DNA of 64,000 bases, taken from an uncultured Chloroflexia bacterium (GTDB lineage: Bacteria > Chloroflexota > Limnocylindria > Limnocylindrales > CSP1-4). The stretch lies in NCBI GenBank assembly GCA_963766685.1, contig CAVYBJ010000002.1:22257-86256 (forward strand), given 5' to 3'. Position numbers and translations under genes: made by a program. Positions 8,921 through 18,676 of this stretch are shown in pieces. The notes below the pieces were generated by a model. The model was given only the letters and a program-made list of their open reading frames with translations. It was not told the origin of the DNA and searched no databases. How positions within the stretch are numbered: the stretch's first letter is position 1; each line of letters begins with the position of its first letter.

Positions 8921-9688
8921 TCAGGTCGAGCGGGCCCGCTTGCGGCGCTTGCGACCGAAGGCCGCGGCCACGTGGGGCCGCGTCAGGTACCAGAAGAGCA
9001 CCAACGACACGATGGCCCCAACGGCACCATAGGCGACGATCCCGGAGAGCCCTTCCCGGGCCAGACCGAGCAGCACCTGGACGACGCTGATCGCGCTGAC
9101 GACGAGGGCGGCCATCCACGCCCAACGCTGCCGGCGCCACATGCCGATCCCGGCCATGACCGTGACCAGGCCGATGCCGCCCAGCACGAGCGGCACCAGC
9201 AGGGGCGCGACACCCAACGGGATGTCCGCCGCTTCCTGCGCGCCGCCCAGGGCGGCCAGCACGACGATCGCGGCAAGGACGAGCTCCAGGCTGCCGGCGC
9301 CCAGCAACCAGGCGGAGCGACCGAAGGCCGCGGCCACGTGGGGCCGCGTCAGGTACCAGAAGAGCACCAGCGAGACGATGGCTGCCAACGGCACCGAAGG
9401 CCACGATCCCGGAGAGGCCTTCCCGCGCCAGCCCGAGCAGCACCTGCAGGACGTTGAAGGCGCTGAGGACGAGGGCGGCCATCCACGCCCAGCGCTGCCG
9501 GCGCCAGATGCCGATCGCCGGCCAGGACCGTGACCAGGCCGATGCCGCCGAGCACGAGCGGCACCAGCAGGCGGCGCGACACCCAGCGGGATGTCCGCCG
9601 CTTCCTGCGCGCCGCCCAGGGCGGCCAGCACGACGATCGCGGCCAGGACGAGCTCGAGGCTGCCGACGCCCAGCCAGCCAGGGGCCAC
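8921..9688 (-). pseudogene. membrane protein built from two tandem 122-aa 4-TM modules; upstream module carries three +1 insertions
   Basis: ORF 8921..9688. The downstream module is intact (GSLELVLAAIVVLAALGG...LLVPLVLGGIGLVTVMAGIGMWRRQRWAWMAALVVSAISVVQVLLGL...IVSLVLFWYLTRPHVAAAFGR). The upstream module has the same sequence spread over three frames (shifts ~9383, ~9517, ~9573). Confidence 0.55.
8952..9686. repeat. tandem direct duplication, 2 x ~366 bp, about 90% identical by eye
   Basis: The string cgaccgaaggccgcggccacgtggggccgcgtcaggtaccagaagagcacc starts at both 8952 and 9318. The alignment continues for about 366 nt with about 27 substitutions and three 1-nt indels. Confidence 0.85.
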
Positions 9689-9751
9689 CCAGCGCAGGCC
9701 CTTGGGCTCGCCCAGCGGCCGCCCGTGGCTCGGCGGAGGCGATGGGTGCTG

Positions 9752-11814
9752 TCACGTCCAGCTGCTGGGCCCAGTGCTGCAGCTGCTGGTGGACGGCCGG
9801 CGCCCCCACGAGCAGCTCGCCGTCCAGGGCCAGCTCGGCGGGGTGGAGCAGGAACGGCCGGGTCTGTGGGCCGCCCATGCCACCGTGGCTGCCGACCAGC
9901 TCCTCGAAGGCGGCGACCTCCTGCAGCGTCGGGTCGTAGATGCTGTTGATGAGCAGGTCGCCGACGTTCGAGAACCCGTCCAGGCGGCGCAGGTGGTCGG
10001 CTGCGCGTGGCCCGAAGGGCGCCAGGGGGTCCTCGCCCTCGACCCGGTCGTCAGCGAGGTGGTGCACGCCCCGGGCGCCGAGCACCACGGCCGCCTCTGC
10101 GGTGCGAACCATGACGAAGCCGATGCCCGGGTGGCCGACGAGGCCGGCCAGCAGGCCCGGATGGTGTTCCTCCACCTGGTCGGCGCGCATGCGCTCGCCC
10201 TCGACCGTGAAGTAGACATTGGCCAGGTTGCCGCTGGCGCAGACGACGACGTCGGGATGCTCGGCCACCTGGGCTGCGTGGATCCGCGGCGCCGAGCTCC
10301 ACGGCGCCGTCCACGGAGCGGCTCCGCAGGGCGGCATTGGTGGCCCGGCCGGCGACGCCCGGACGCAGGGCGAGTTCCGTGAGCAGCGCGTTGACGGGGC
10401 CGTACATCTCCGCTCGCCCCGTGGCCGCGACCACGTCCGGTTGGCCGCCCATGAGCGCCCGGATGAGCTCCTCGAGCGACTGCCCGTAGCGCTGAGCGAA
10501 GGTGGCGCCCTGGCTCTGGCCGTGATCGGAGAGCAGCACGAAGCGGTACGCGCGCGGGGCGTGCTCGGCCGCCCGCTCCAGCGAGGCGATGACACGGTCG
10601 ACGCCGGTCAGGGCACGCAGCGACTCGATGCGCTCCGGTCCCGCGTGGTGCGCGATCTCGTCGTAGTCGACCAGGTCCGTGTAGATGACGGGCGCCCCGA
10701 GCGACATGGAGCGGACCACGAAGGTCGTGTTGAGGTCGCGCAGGACGACGTTGGTGGCCGCCCGCAGGAAGGCGAAGGTGGTGCCCCGGTGGACGCGCGG
10801 CTGGATGTCCTGGACGCGCTGGCGGCGCGACTCCACGAGCTCCTTGAGGAACTCGCCGATGCCCAGCACGAGGGTGCGGATGAAGGCCGCCGGGTCCATG
10901 AAGTAGAGCGAGAAGGCGTCCACGTCCAGCTGGCTCATGGGGTCGCCCATGCGGCTCATGACGAAGGCGCTGCGCCGCGCGTCGCCGGTGAAGAGGTTGC
11001 CCACGCTGCTGCCGCCCTGCGCCAGCAGCCCCTGGCCGTTGGAGACGCGTCGCTCGATCTCCGTGGCGTCGGCCGGGTGGTTGGAGACGAGGAGTCGGCC
11101 GCTGGCCTTCTCGTACCAGCGAAAGGCCGGGATGCCGTCGTTGCTGCCATGCAGGATGCCAGCCTGGCTGGCCGAGGTCTGCGAGGGCGGCGGGCACTCC
11201 CACTCGGCCAGGTGGTAGGCGCCGGAGCGCACCCAGCTGGCCATGCGCGGCACGGTCCCGACGCGGATGGCGTTGCGCAGGATGGGTGCCGCCAGGCCGT
11301 CGATCTGGATGATCGCCAGGCCGGCCGGGCGGGGCCCCTCGGCCACCGTATCAGCCTCGATGCGACGCGCCAGCTCGTCGTAGAAGGACTCGTCCTCGTC
11401 GATGGCCAGGACCACGTTCACGACCGTCGTGGCCACGGTCAGGATGACCGCCAGCGACAGCGCCGGCACGAAGCCGCTGACCTCCAGGCCGGGCACCAGC
11501 GGCGCGGCCAGCACGATCATCGAGGTGTTGATGACGAGCGAGAGGAGGCCGAACGAGGCCACCGTCAGCGGCAGCGTGAGGACCACGATGATGGGCCGCA
11601 CGAGGGCGTTCAGGCCGGCGATGACGGCCGCCGCGAAGAGGGCCGAGAAGAGGTCCTCCACCAGCACGCCGGGCAGCAGGTGGCCAAGGACGAGCAGCAC
11701 GAGGGCCTGCAGGAACCAGGTGAAGAGGACGCGCCGCGGGGCATGCTGGATGCGCTCGCGGGCCAGCGCGATGCTGGCCGACAGGCTGCGACGAACGGTC
11801 CCTCCGAGGCTCAT
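9752..11814 (-). pseudogene. DUF360 (4-TM holin-like) domain fused to alkaline-phosphatase/nucleotide-pyrophosphatase superfamily domain; frame disrupted near 10290, 3' end uncertain
   Basis: ORF 10051..11901 from ATG 11814 (MSLGGTVRR...LLPGVLVEDLFSALFAAAVIAGLNALVRPIIVVLTLPLTVASFGLLSLVINT, then ...YRFVLLSDHGQSQG). It continues in ORF 8907..10595 (PRIHAAQVAEHPDVVVCASGNLANVYF...VGSHGGMGGPQTRPFLLHP). The stop at 9752-9754 is in the next +1 frame, so the end is tentative. Confidence 0.7.
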
Positions 11815-11942
11815 GGCTGCGAAGCGTAGCCTGCCGACGGACCCGCCGCCGGTCGCCGGCAGCCGGCAGGCCCCCCGGCGAGCGGCCGCCGCCGGAGGCA
11901 TACGCTGTCGACGGACACCAGTCGATGCTGGGGGGCGATGGG

Positions 11943-12976
11943 ATGGGACTGCATGTCGCGGTCATCGGTGGCGGGTTCGTGGGGCGCGTCCACCTGGAGG
12001 CCATGCTGGGCCATCCGGCCGTCAGCGCCGTGTCCCTGGCGGAGTCGGACGAGGCCGCCCTGGCCGAGCTCGCCGGCCGCTACCCGCTGGCCCGCGCCAC
12101 GACCGACTACCGGGCCCTGATCGACGACCCCGCGGTCGACATCGTGGACATCTGCCTGCCCCACGACCTGCACCACCCGGTGGCCCTGGAGGCCTTCGCG
12201 GCAGGCCGGCACGTCATCGCCGACAAGCCCATCGCCAACACCCTGGCCGAGGCCGACGAGATGATGGCCGCCGCCGAAGCCGCCGGGCGCCGCTTCTTCG
12301 TGGCCCTCAACGAGCGCTTCCTGCCCGTCCACCAGCGGGTCGGCGAGCTCCTCGCCCAGGGCTTCCTGGGCCGACCCAGCCTGGCCCTCCTCGTGGTGGC
12401 CGGCAGCGAGCTGCCGCGCCTGCGACTGCCCGGCCACTGGAAGGGCACCTGGGACCGAGCCGGCGGCGGTGCCCTCGCGGACAGCGGCACGCACCTCGTC
12501 GACCTCGCCCACGCCTGGTTCGGGCCGCCGGTCGCGGTGCGCTGCCACCTGGCACGCCACGTCGTGGAGGCGCCGGACCGGGCCGACGACACGGCCGCCC
12601 TGCTCATGGAGTACCCCGGCCTGACGGTGAACGTGGTGGTCAGCTATGCGGCGGCGCGGCCAGCCCTGGAGCGAGACCCGCGCCCTCTGGAGCGAGTCGG
12701 GCTCGCTGCACGTCCGACTCGAGGACGCCGAGCCCCTGGTCGCCTGGAAGGACGGCCAGCGCCTTCCCCAGGCCGTCGAGCACGAGGCCGACTGGTGGGC
12801 CTGGTCGGTCGAAGCGGGGCCTGGCCCACGCGCTCGATGCCTTCGACCGCGACCTGCCCTTCGCCGTCACGCCGGCCGATGCGCGCGCCACGCTGCGCAC
12901 CATCCGCGCTGCCTACCTGGCCGCGGGCGACGGCCGGCGCGTCCAGCTCGATGAGCTCGAGGGTCCCCGGTCATGA
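11943..12976 (+). pseudogene. Gfo/Idh/MocA-family oxidoreductase, two +1 disruptions (~12650, ~12818)
   Basis: MGLHVAVIGGGFVGRVHLEA...DIVDICLPHDLHHPVALEAFAAGRHVIADKPIA in ORF 11925. It continues as GQPWSETRALWSESGSLHVRLED...WWAWSVEAG (ORF 12646), then LAHALDAFDRDLPFAVTPADARATLRTIRAAYLA (tail of ORF 11402..12976). Confidence 0.75.
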
Positions 12977-13867
12977 CGCGTCGCTACGGCTTCCTGGCCG
13001 GCCTGGACTTCGCCGCCCGATGCCCGCGGCCGCGTCGCGGACGAGCTGGCCGCCCTCGGCTACGTGGCGGTCTCGTGGCCGCTGGCGCGCTTCGACCCGT
13101 CGACCACGTCAGCGGCGGAGCGTCGACCGCCTCGTCAGCGAGACACGGGCCGCCGGACTGGCGGTCAGCGAGTGGGTCGTGCAGCTCGACTTCGTGCATC
13201 CTGGACGCCGCGGTCCGCGAGGAGCGCCTCGCGCGGGCCGCCGACGCCGTGCGGGCGGTGGCCGACCTGGACCTGGGTGGTCAGCCCATCCCGGCGCCGG
13301 TCAACCTCTTCAGCGGGTCCGGCGCCCTGGGACCCGGCCGCGCCGCGTCTGGGCCGCGACCTCACGGAAGGCCAGGCCTGGGACATGGTGCGCGGCTGCC
13401 TTCGACGTGCTGGTGCCCGCTGGCCGAGGAGGCTGGCATCGACCTGGCCGTGGAGGGCGTCTTCGGCCATCTCGTCCACGACTACTACACCACGCTGGAG
13501 CTGCTGCGCCACTACGACTCGCCGCGCCTGGGCATCAACCTCGACCCCTCGCACGGCATCCTGGTGGGCAACGACATCCCCTGGGTCGTGCGCCAGTGGG
13601 GTCCGCGCATCCGCCACATCCACCTCAAGGACGCCGTGGGGCGGCCGGGCATGTTCGGCGAGACCTTCGTCTTCCCGCTGCTCGGGGAGGGGCAGGTGCC
13701 CTGGGCCGAGTTCTTCGCGGCCCTGGATGCCATCGGCTACGAGGGGCTACCTCAGCGTGGAGTTCGAATCCTGGGACTACTACCGCCAGGTGCTGGGCAG
13801 CGACCCGGTCGCGGCGGCTCGCCTCTCCATGGAGCTGCTCGGTCGGCTCGATCCCGCCTTGCCCTGA
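12973..13867 (+). pseudogene. sugar phosphate isomerase/epimerase (xylose-isomerase-like TIM barrel), seven consecutive +1 disruptions
   Basis: Sensible sequence hops F1>F2>F0>F1>F2>F0>F1>F2 at ~13018, 13120, 13199, 13325, 13397, 13419 and 13746. Examples: ...AFDVLVP|LAEEAGIDLAVEGVFGHLVHDYYTTLELLRHYDSPRLGINLDPSH...IRHIHLKD...IGYEG|YLSVEFESWDYYRQVLG. Confidence 0.7.
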
Positions 13868-13926
13868 GTGCGCCGGGTGCTGGAGCCGGCGTCAAGCTGG
13901 GTCGGCCACCCGCCGGTCGCCGCCCC

Positions 13927-13969
13927 CATCGCCGCCCCTCGGTGCCCCATCGCCGCCCCATCGGTGCCC
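13927..13969. repeat. 21/22-nt tandem repeat x2 in a non-coding gap
   Basis: catcgccgcccctcggtgccc is followed directly by catcgccgccccatcggtgccc. Confidence 0.6.
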
Positions 13970-14337
13970 TGATCATGCTGAGGTGACTGGACCAGCAGGG
14001 CATCCGCCCGCGGGCTGACATTCCAGTCACTGGTGACATGAGATGACCGTCCGCTCGACGCCTGAGTCACCGCGTGCATGAAACGGCGGCCGGCGCAGTG
14101 GCTGCGACCGCCAGCCCTGCTCGTCCAGTCACCAGCGCATGAACCGCGCTGGACCGAGCCTGATGGAGCACCGGCCTGCCTCTCGGGCAGGCTCCACCCG
14201 TTCTGGCGCCGGTCAGCGACCCAACAGGACGTCGATCCCCGCCGGGACGAGCTCGAGCCTCGGCCCAGGTAGGCGGCCGACCGCATTCGAGCTCCGAACG
14301 GTCACGCGCGCTGCCCGTCGGACCGGCGCCCCAGGTG

Positions 14338-15070
14338 CTACCAGGGGCTGCGCAGGTCGGTGCGACGGGTGGCCACGACGGTGGCCACGGGCACCACGAT
14401 CTCCTCGTAGCCGTGCGGCCGACGGGCCAGCCGGGTGCGCGAGCGGTTCACGCGGAAGCCGTCCAGGTGGCGCTCCACCTCCTCCGTGGCGACGAGGTGC
14501 TTCTCCGCCATGCGACCCTCGCGGGCCAGCGCCACGTCGAACTCCGAGACGAGGATGGATCCGCCCGGCGCCACGGCCGCCGCGGCCGTTTCCAGCATGC
14601 GGCTGCGTCCCATGCCCCGCGGCGGCAGCGACGAAGGTGGAGACGACGAGGTCGTACCGCGAGACCGGGCGCCAGGCCGTGATGTCGGCCAGCTCCCAGA
14701 CGATGCTGACGCCGGCGGCCGTGGCAGCTGCGCGCGCCTCTGCCAGCGCCGTCGCCGAGATGTCCACGGCCGTCACGACCCAGCCGCGCTCCGCCAGCCA
14801 GATGGCGTTCTGTCCGCGGCCACAACCCAGGTCCAGGGCCTTGCCCGGCGGCAGGTCGGCCGCGACGTCGATGAGGTTCTCGTCGACCGGCGTGTGCGGC
14901 GGCTCCGGCGTCTGCGGCGACTCAGGCGTGCGGTGGGGCGCCCAGTCGGACGACGCAGCGGCCCCGACCGCCCACTCCGGCGCGGTCACCCAGCCGAGGG
15001 CGCGCGCGGGCGCGACCGGAACGGCCGGCCCTCGATCCGATGGGCGGGCGGACACGTGCTCGCTGGTCAT
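14338..15070 (-). pseudogene. class I SAM-dependent methyltransferase, frame disrupted near 14615 (+1)
   Basis: ATG 15070 (MTSEHV...). Motif I ALDLGCGRGQNAIWLAERGWVVTAVDIS is in ORF 14213..15127. The C-terminal half (MGRSRMLETAAAAVAPGGSILV...) is in ORF 14338..14613. The junction lies in a cccc/gggg run. Confidence 0.7.
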
Positions 15071-15219
15071 CCCGCGATATCGACTCCCATCCCGACGTGG
15101 CCCGCGGGCGCGCACGGCACGCGCCATCGGCCAGGTCCCGAGGATACGCCAGACGGCCCCCCAGACAGGTGCATGGAGGCACCACCCACCGCCCGCGGCT
15201 GCCCGCTATCTTCAGCGGC

Positions 15220-16227
15220 ATGGAAGTACTTCGACTGCATGGCGCCAAGGACGTTCGCGTCCACCAGGAACCTGATCCGGTCCCGGGCCCCGGGGAGGAT
15301 CTCGTGCGGGTCACCGCCGTGGGCCTCTGTGGCTCGGACCTGCACTGGTACGAAGACGGGGGCATCGGCTTCGACAAGGTCGTCTCGCCGCTGGTGCTCG
15401 GCCACGAGATGGGCGGCGTCATCGCAGCTGGCCCGCGTGAGGGCGTGCGCGTCGTCATCGAGCCTGCCAACCCCTGCGGTCACTGCGCGGTCTGTCGCGC
15501 CGGTGACGCCAACCTCTGCCCGAACGTCAAGTTCTGCGGCCACGCGCCCATCGACGGCTCGCTGCGCACCTACATGGCCTGGCCGCAGCGCCTTCTGCTC
15601 TCGGTCCCGGACAGCATCGCGGACGATGACGTGCCGCTCCTGGAGCCGCTCGGCATCGCGCTCCACGCCCTCGATCTCGGCCACATCCGGGCCGGCATGA
15701 GCGCAGGCGTCTTCGGCTGCGGCCCCATCGGCCTCATGATCATCCGCGCGCTCCGAGCCGCCGGCGCAGGCCGCATCGTGGCCACGGACGCGCTGCCGCA
15801 CCGCGTGGAGGCCGCTCTCGCCTCTGGCGCGGACGAGGCCTACCTGACGACGGTGGACGGGCTGCCGGAGGGCATCCGCAGCTGGGAGCCGCTGGACGTG
15901 GCCTTCGAGGCGGCCGGTGAGGACGCCGCGATCGAGGCCTCCAACATCGCCGTCCGCCTCGGCGGACGGGTCGTCATCGTGGGCATCCCGCCCACCAACC
16001 GGCACTCGTTCACGGCGCGCTATGCGCGCGGCAAGGGCCTGGCCCTGATCTTCGCGCGGCGCATGAAGTTCATCCACATGCTGCAGGCCATCGAGCTGGT
16101 GGACCACGGGCTGGTCTCGCTCGACGGGCTCATCACGAGCACCTTCCCGCTCGCCGAGGGGGCGGCCGCGTTCGACGCGCTCGTCGCCCGCTCGGGACTG
16201 AAGATCATCGTCAAGCCGTCCGTCTGA
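15220..16227 (+). CDS. Zn-dependent alcohol/polyol dehydrogenase (MDR family, sorbitol/threonine dehydrogenase-like)
   Basis: ORF 15040..16227; ATG 15220 (MEVLRLHGAKDVRV...). GLCGSDLHWY, GHEMGG, and the structural Zn site CGHCAVCRAGDANLC. Intact. Confidence 0.9.
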   Translation: MEVLRLHGAKDVRVHQEPDPVPGPGEDLVRVTAVGLCGSDLHWYEDGGIGFDKVVSPLVLGHEMGGVIAAGPREGVRVVIEPANPCGHCAVCRAGDANLCPNVKFCGHAPIDGSLRTYMAWPQRLLLSVPDSIADDDVPLLEPLGIALHALDLGHIRAGMSAGVFGCGPIGLMIIRALRAAGAGRIVATDALPHRVEAALASGADEAYLTTVDGLPEGIRSWEPLDVAFEAAGEDAAIEASNIAVRLGGRVVIVGIPPTNRHSFTARYARGKGLALIFARRMKFIHMLQAIELVDHGLVSLDGLITSTFPLAEGAAAFDALVARSGLKIIVKPSV

Positions 16228-16280
16228 CGGCCGGCTGACGGTCGGCACGGCCGCTGACCGCCCGAGTCCGGACAGCAGAG

Positions 16281-16314
16281 GAGCCGCCCGACCCTCCCCC
16301 GTGCCGGGCGGCTC
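16281..16314. terminator. candidate bidirectional hairpin between convergent genes
   Basis: gagccgcccg (16281-16290) pairs with cgggcggctc (16305-16314), with a 14-nt loop. It lies 54 nt after the ADH stop. There is no clear U-tract. Confidence 0.35.
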
Positions 16315-16372
16315 TCCGTTGTCTGGTGCGTCGTAGCCGTCCGGCGCGCCAGGCGGTGGTGTGTCGCTGGCG

Positions 16373-17076
16373 TCAGTCCGGGGTGCCGTCCAGGTGCACG
16401 CCCCGGGCGAGCAGGCCGCTGTCGTGGCTGACGGGCAGTGAGACCGCCGGAGCCGCCGGTTCGTTGCCGCCTGCGTACCGTCGCACCCACGGTGACGTGG
16501 CGCGGCTGCCGGTGGCTGGGCTGACGCGGCGGACTGGGCTGCAGGTGCCCCCGGAGCAGTGGGCGCGGCTTGAGCGGGCATGGCCGGCGTCGTGGCAGAG
16601 CGAGGTGCGACGCTGACGGGAACCGGCCGAGGGACGGCCACCCCCGGCGCGACCGGTACCGCCACGGCCGGTCGGAACGGCTGGACGGGGACCGGCACGC
16701 GGGGCCGCGGCGTCACGACCATGCGGGCGCACATGCCGCACATGGGGTGGTCGGCGGCGCTCGGCAGGCCCAGGCGCGGCCGGCGACGTCCGCGCGATCC
16801 GGTCAGCGGTGGGCGAAAGCCGCACAGGGCGGCCTCGTCGCTGCCTTCGACGTAGGCGTGCTGGGTGATGCCGCGGTGATACCACGGGTCGTCGAGCTCA
16901 TCGAAGCCAGGGCGGATGACGATGCCCCACACGATCAGGTCGGCCGGGTACGTCTTGGCGGGGCGCGCTGGCGCCGGCGGCGCCGGGCTGGCACCTGGCG
17001 GGGCCGCCTGCGGTGGAGGCGCGGACGGCTGGCTGGGCTCCGGGGTGTCGCGATGGGCGAAGAAGTTGAGTCGCAT
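16373..17076 (-). CDS. hypothetical Pro/Ala-rich protein with conserved-looking Cys-containing core; 3' end unresolved
   Basis: ATG 17076 lies just downstream of the only AT-rich patch here (ttagagatagtag). MRLNFFAHRD...YPADLIVWGIVIRPGFDELDDPWYHRGITQHAYVEGSDEAALCGF...HPMCGMCARMV. That frame has no stop until 15067 (inside the ADH gene), so a frame change is implied. A stop at 16370-16372 closes one alternative frame. Confidence 0.35.
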
Positions 17077-17399
17077 ACGGTTAGAGATAGTAGCGACCGT
17101 GGCCGCCATGGCGGCCAGCGGGCTGCTGTGTGCCGGGTGCGCCGGATGGGCGACCGGGATGGCGATGGCTTGGGCGGACCGACCGGGGAGGGGACGCATG
17201 GCTGTCATGGCCCCCTGACTATCGGATGACCGGCCGACCGAGGGTACTGCGGCAATCCACACCGGACCGCACATCACCCCCGATGTGTGGGCATCCCGTC
17301 ACCGGTACCCTCGGCGGTCCAGCGGTCCCGCGTGCCGGGCAACGCCGACGGCACCGGACCGCTCGGTCGCCACGATCGCGCGACGGCCGGGCGTGGCCC

Positions 17400-18600
17400 C
17401 TAGTCGGAGGTGACGGCGGCCAGCGCCTCGCAGACCGGGCCGAGGTTGGCGGCCGTGAGGCCGGCCACGTTGACGCGGCCCTTGCCGACCACGTAGATGG
17501 CGTAGTCGTCGCGCAGCCGGGCCACGCGCTCCTCTCCCAGCGGCAGCAGGGAGAACATGCCGCGCTGCCGCATGAGGCCCTCGTGGTTGCCGGGCGCGCC
17601 CGCCGCCTTCAGGCCCGCCACGAAGGCGGCGCGGTTGCCGTTGATGCGGCCGCGCATGGTGGCCACCTCATCCACCCAGCGGGCCCGAAGCGCGTCATCG
17701 CCGAGGATGGCGGCCACGATCTCACCGCCATGGGCGGGCGGGTTGGAGTAGTTGGCGCGCACCACGCCCTTGGCGTGCGAGAGCAGGGACTGCGTCTCCG
17801 CCGCATCAGCGCCGACGATGCCGAGGGCGCCGACGCGCTCATCGTAGAGCGCGAAGTTCTTGGAGAAGCTGGAGGCCACGAGCATCGTCTCGACACGCTC
17901 GAGGAGGGCCATCAGCCCACGGGCATCCTCCGAAAGGCCATCGGCGAAGCCCTGGTAGGCGAAGTCGAGCAGCGGCAGGACACGGCCGCTCGGCGAGGAC
18001 ATCGGCGATGACCGCCCACTGCCCAGGGGTCGGGTCGATGCCGGTGGGGTTGTGGCAGCAGCCGTGCAGCAGCACCACGTCACCCGCCGGGACCGAGCGC
18101 AGGACGCCGAGCAGGGCATCCATGTCGAGCTCGCCGTCAGCACCCAGGTAGGGGTAGCTGCGCACCGGGATCCCGGCCGCCTCGAAGACCTGGGGGTGGT
18201 TGGGCCAGGTCGGGGTGGAGAGCCACACCGCGGCCCCGGGCGCGATGGCATGCACGAGGTCACCGGCCACGCGCAGCGCGCCCGTGCCGCCGGGCGTGTG
18301 CAGCAGCTGCACGCGGCCCGCGCCGACGGCCGGGTGGCCGGCGCCGAAGACGAGGTCGCGGACCGGGCGCAGGTAGGCCGGGTCGCCGTCGATGGGCTTG
18401 TAGACCTTCGTCGTCTGCTTCTCGAGGATGCGCTCCTCTGCCTCCCGCACCGTCGCGAGGACCGGGGTGATGCCGCTCTCGTCGACGTAGACGCCCGACG
18501 CCAGCGAGACCTTGTGGGGACGCTCGTCCGCGCGGAAGCGCTCCATGAGCCCCAGGATGGCGTCCGGCGCCCGGGGTGGAAGATCAGCGAACATGGCCAT
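17400..18600 (-). pseudogene. class I aspartate/aromatic amino-acid aminotransferase (AspC/TyrB type), frame disrupted near 17988 (+1)
   Basis: ORF 17839..18600 (MAMFADLPPRAPDAILGLMERFRADERPHKVSLASGVY...LLHGCCHNPTGIDP). It continues in ORF 17400..18263 (RVLPLLDFAYQGFADG...SSFSKNFALYDERVG...RANYSNPPAHG). Confidence 0.85.
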
Positions 18601-18676
18601 GGCCAGATGGTAGCGCGGCTATCCTCCGGGACGTGCGACTTCGCCGACGAGCCCCCATGCCCCCGAGCACCCCAGC

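Noticed and set aside
8742-8921. tRNA-Thr as an integration site for a genomic island or prophage, given the adjacent duplicated membrane gene.
   Set aside because: There is no integrase, excisionase, phage or transposase gene on either side. I found no direct repeat of the tRNA 3' end. GC content and coding style are continuous with the flanks.
15067-17277. Very long ORFs on the strand opposite to well-supported genes (15067..17277 -, 22737..25109 +, 33643..35823 +, 40841..42937 -, 47009..49486 -, 59751..62384 +, 62186..63901 tail).
   Set aside because: At ~72% GC, stop codons are rare in all frames. These ORFs are Arg/Gly/Pro/Ala-rich with no motifs, and they mirror genes with clear homology on the other strand or frame. 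Only sub-segments that carry conserved sequence were used.
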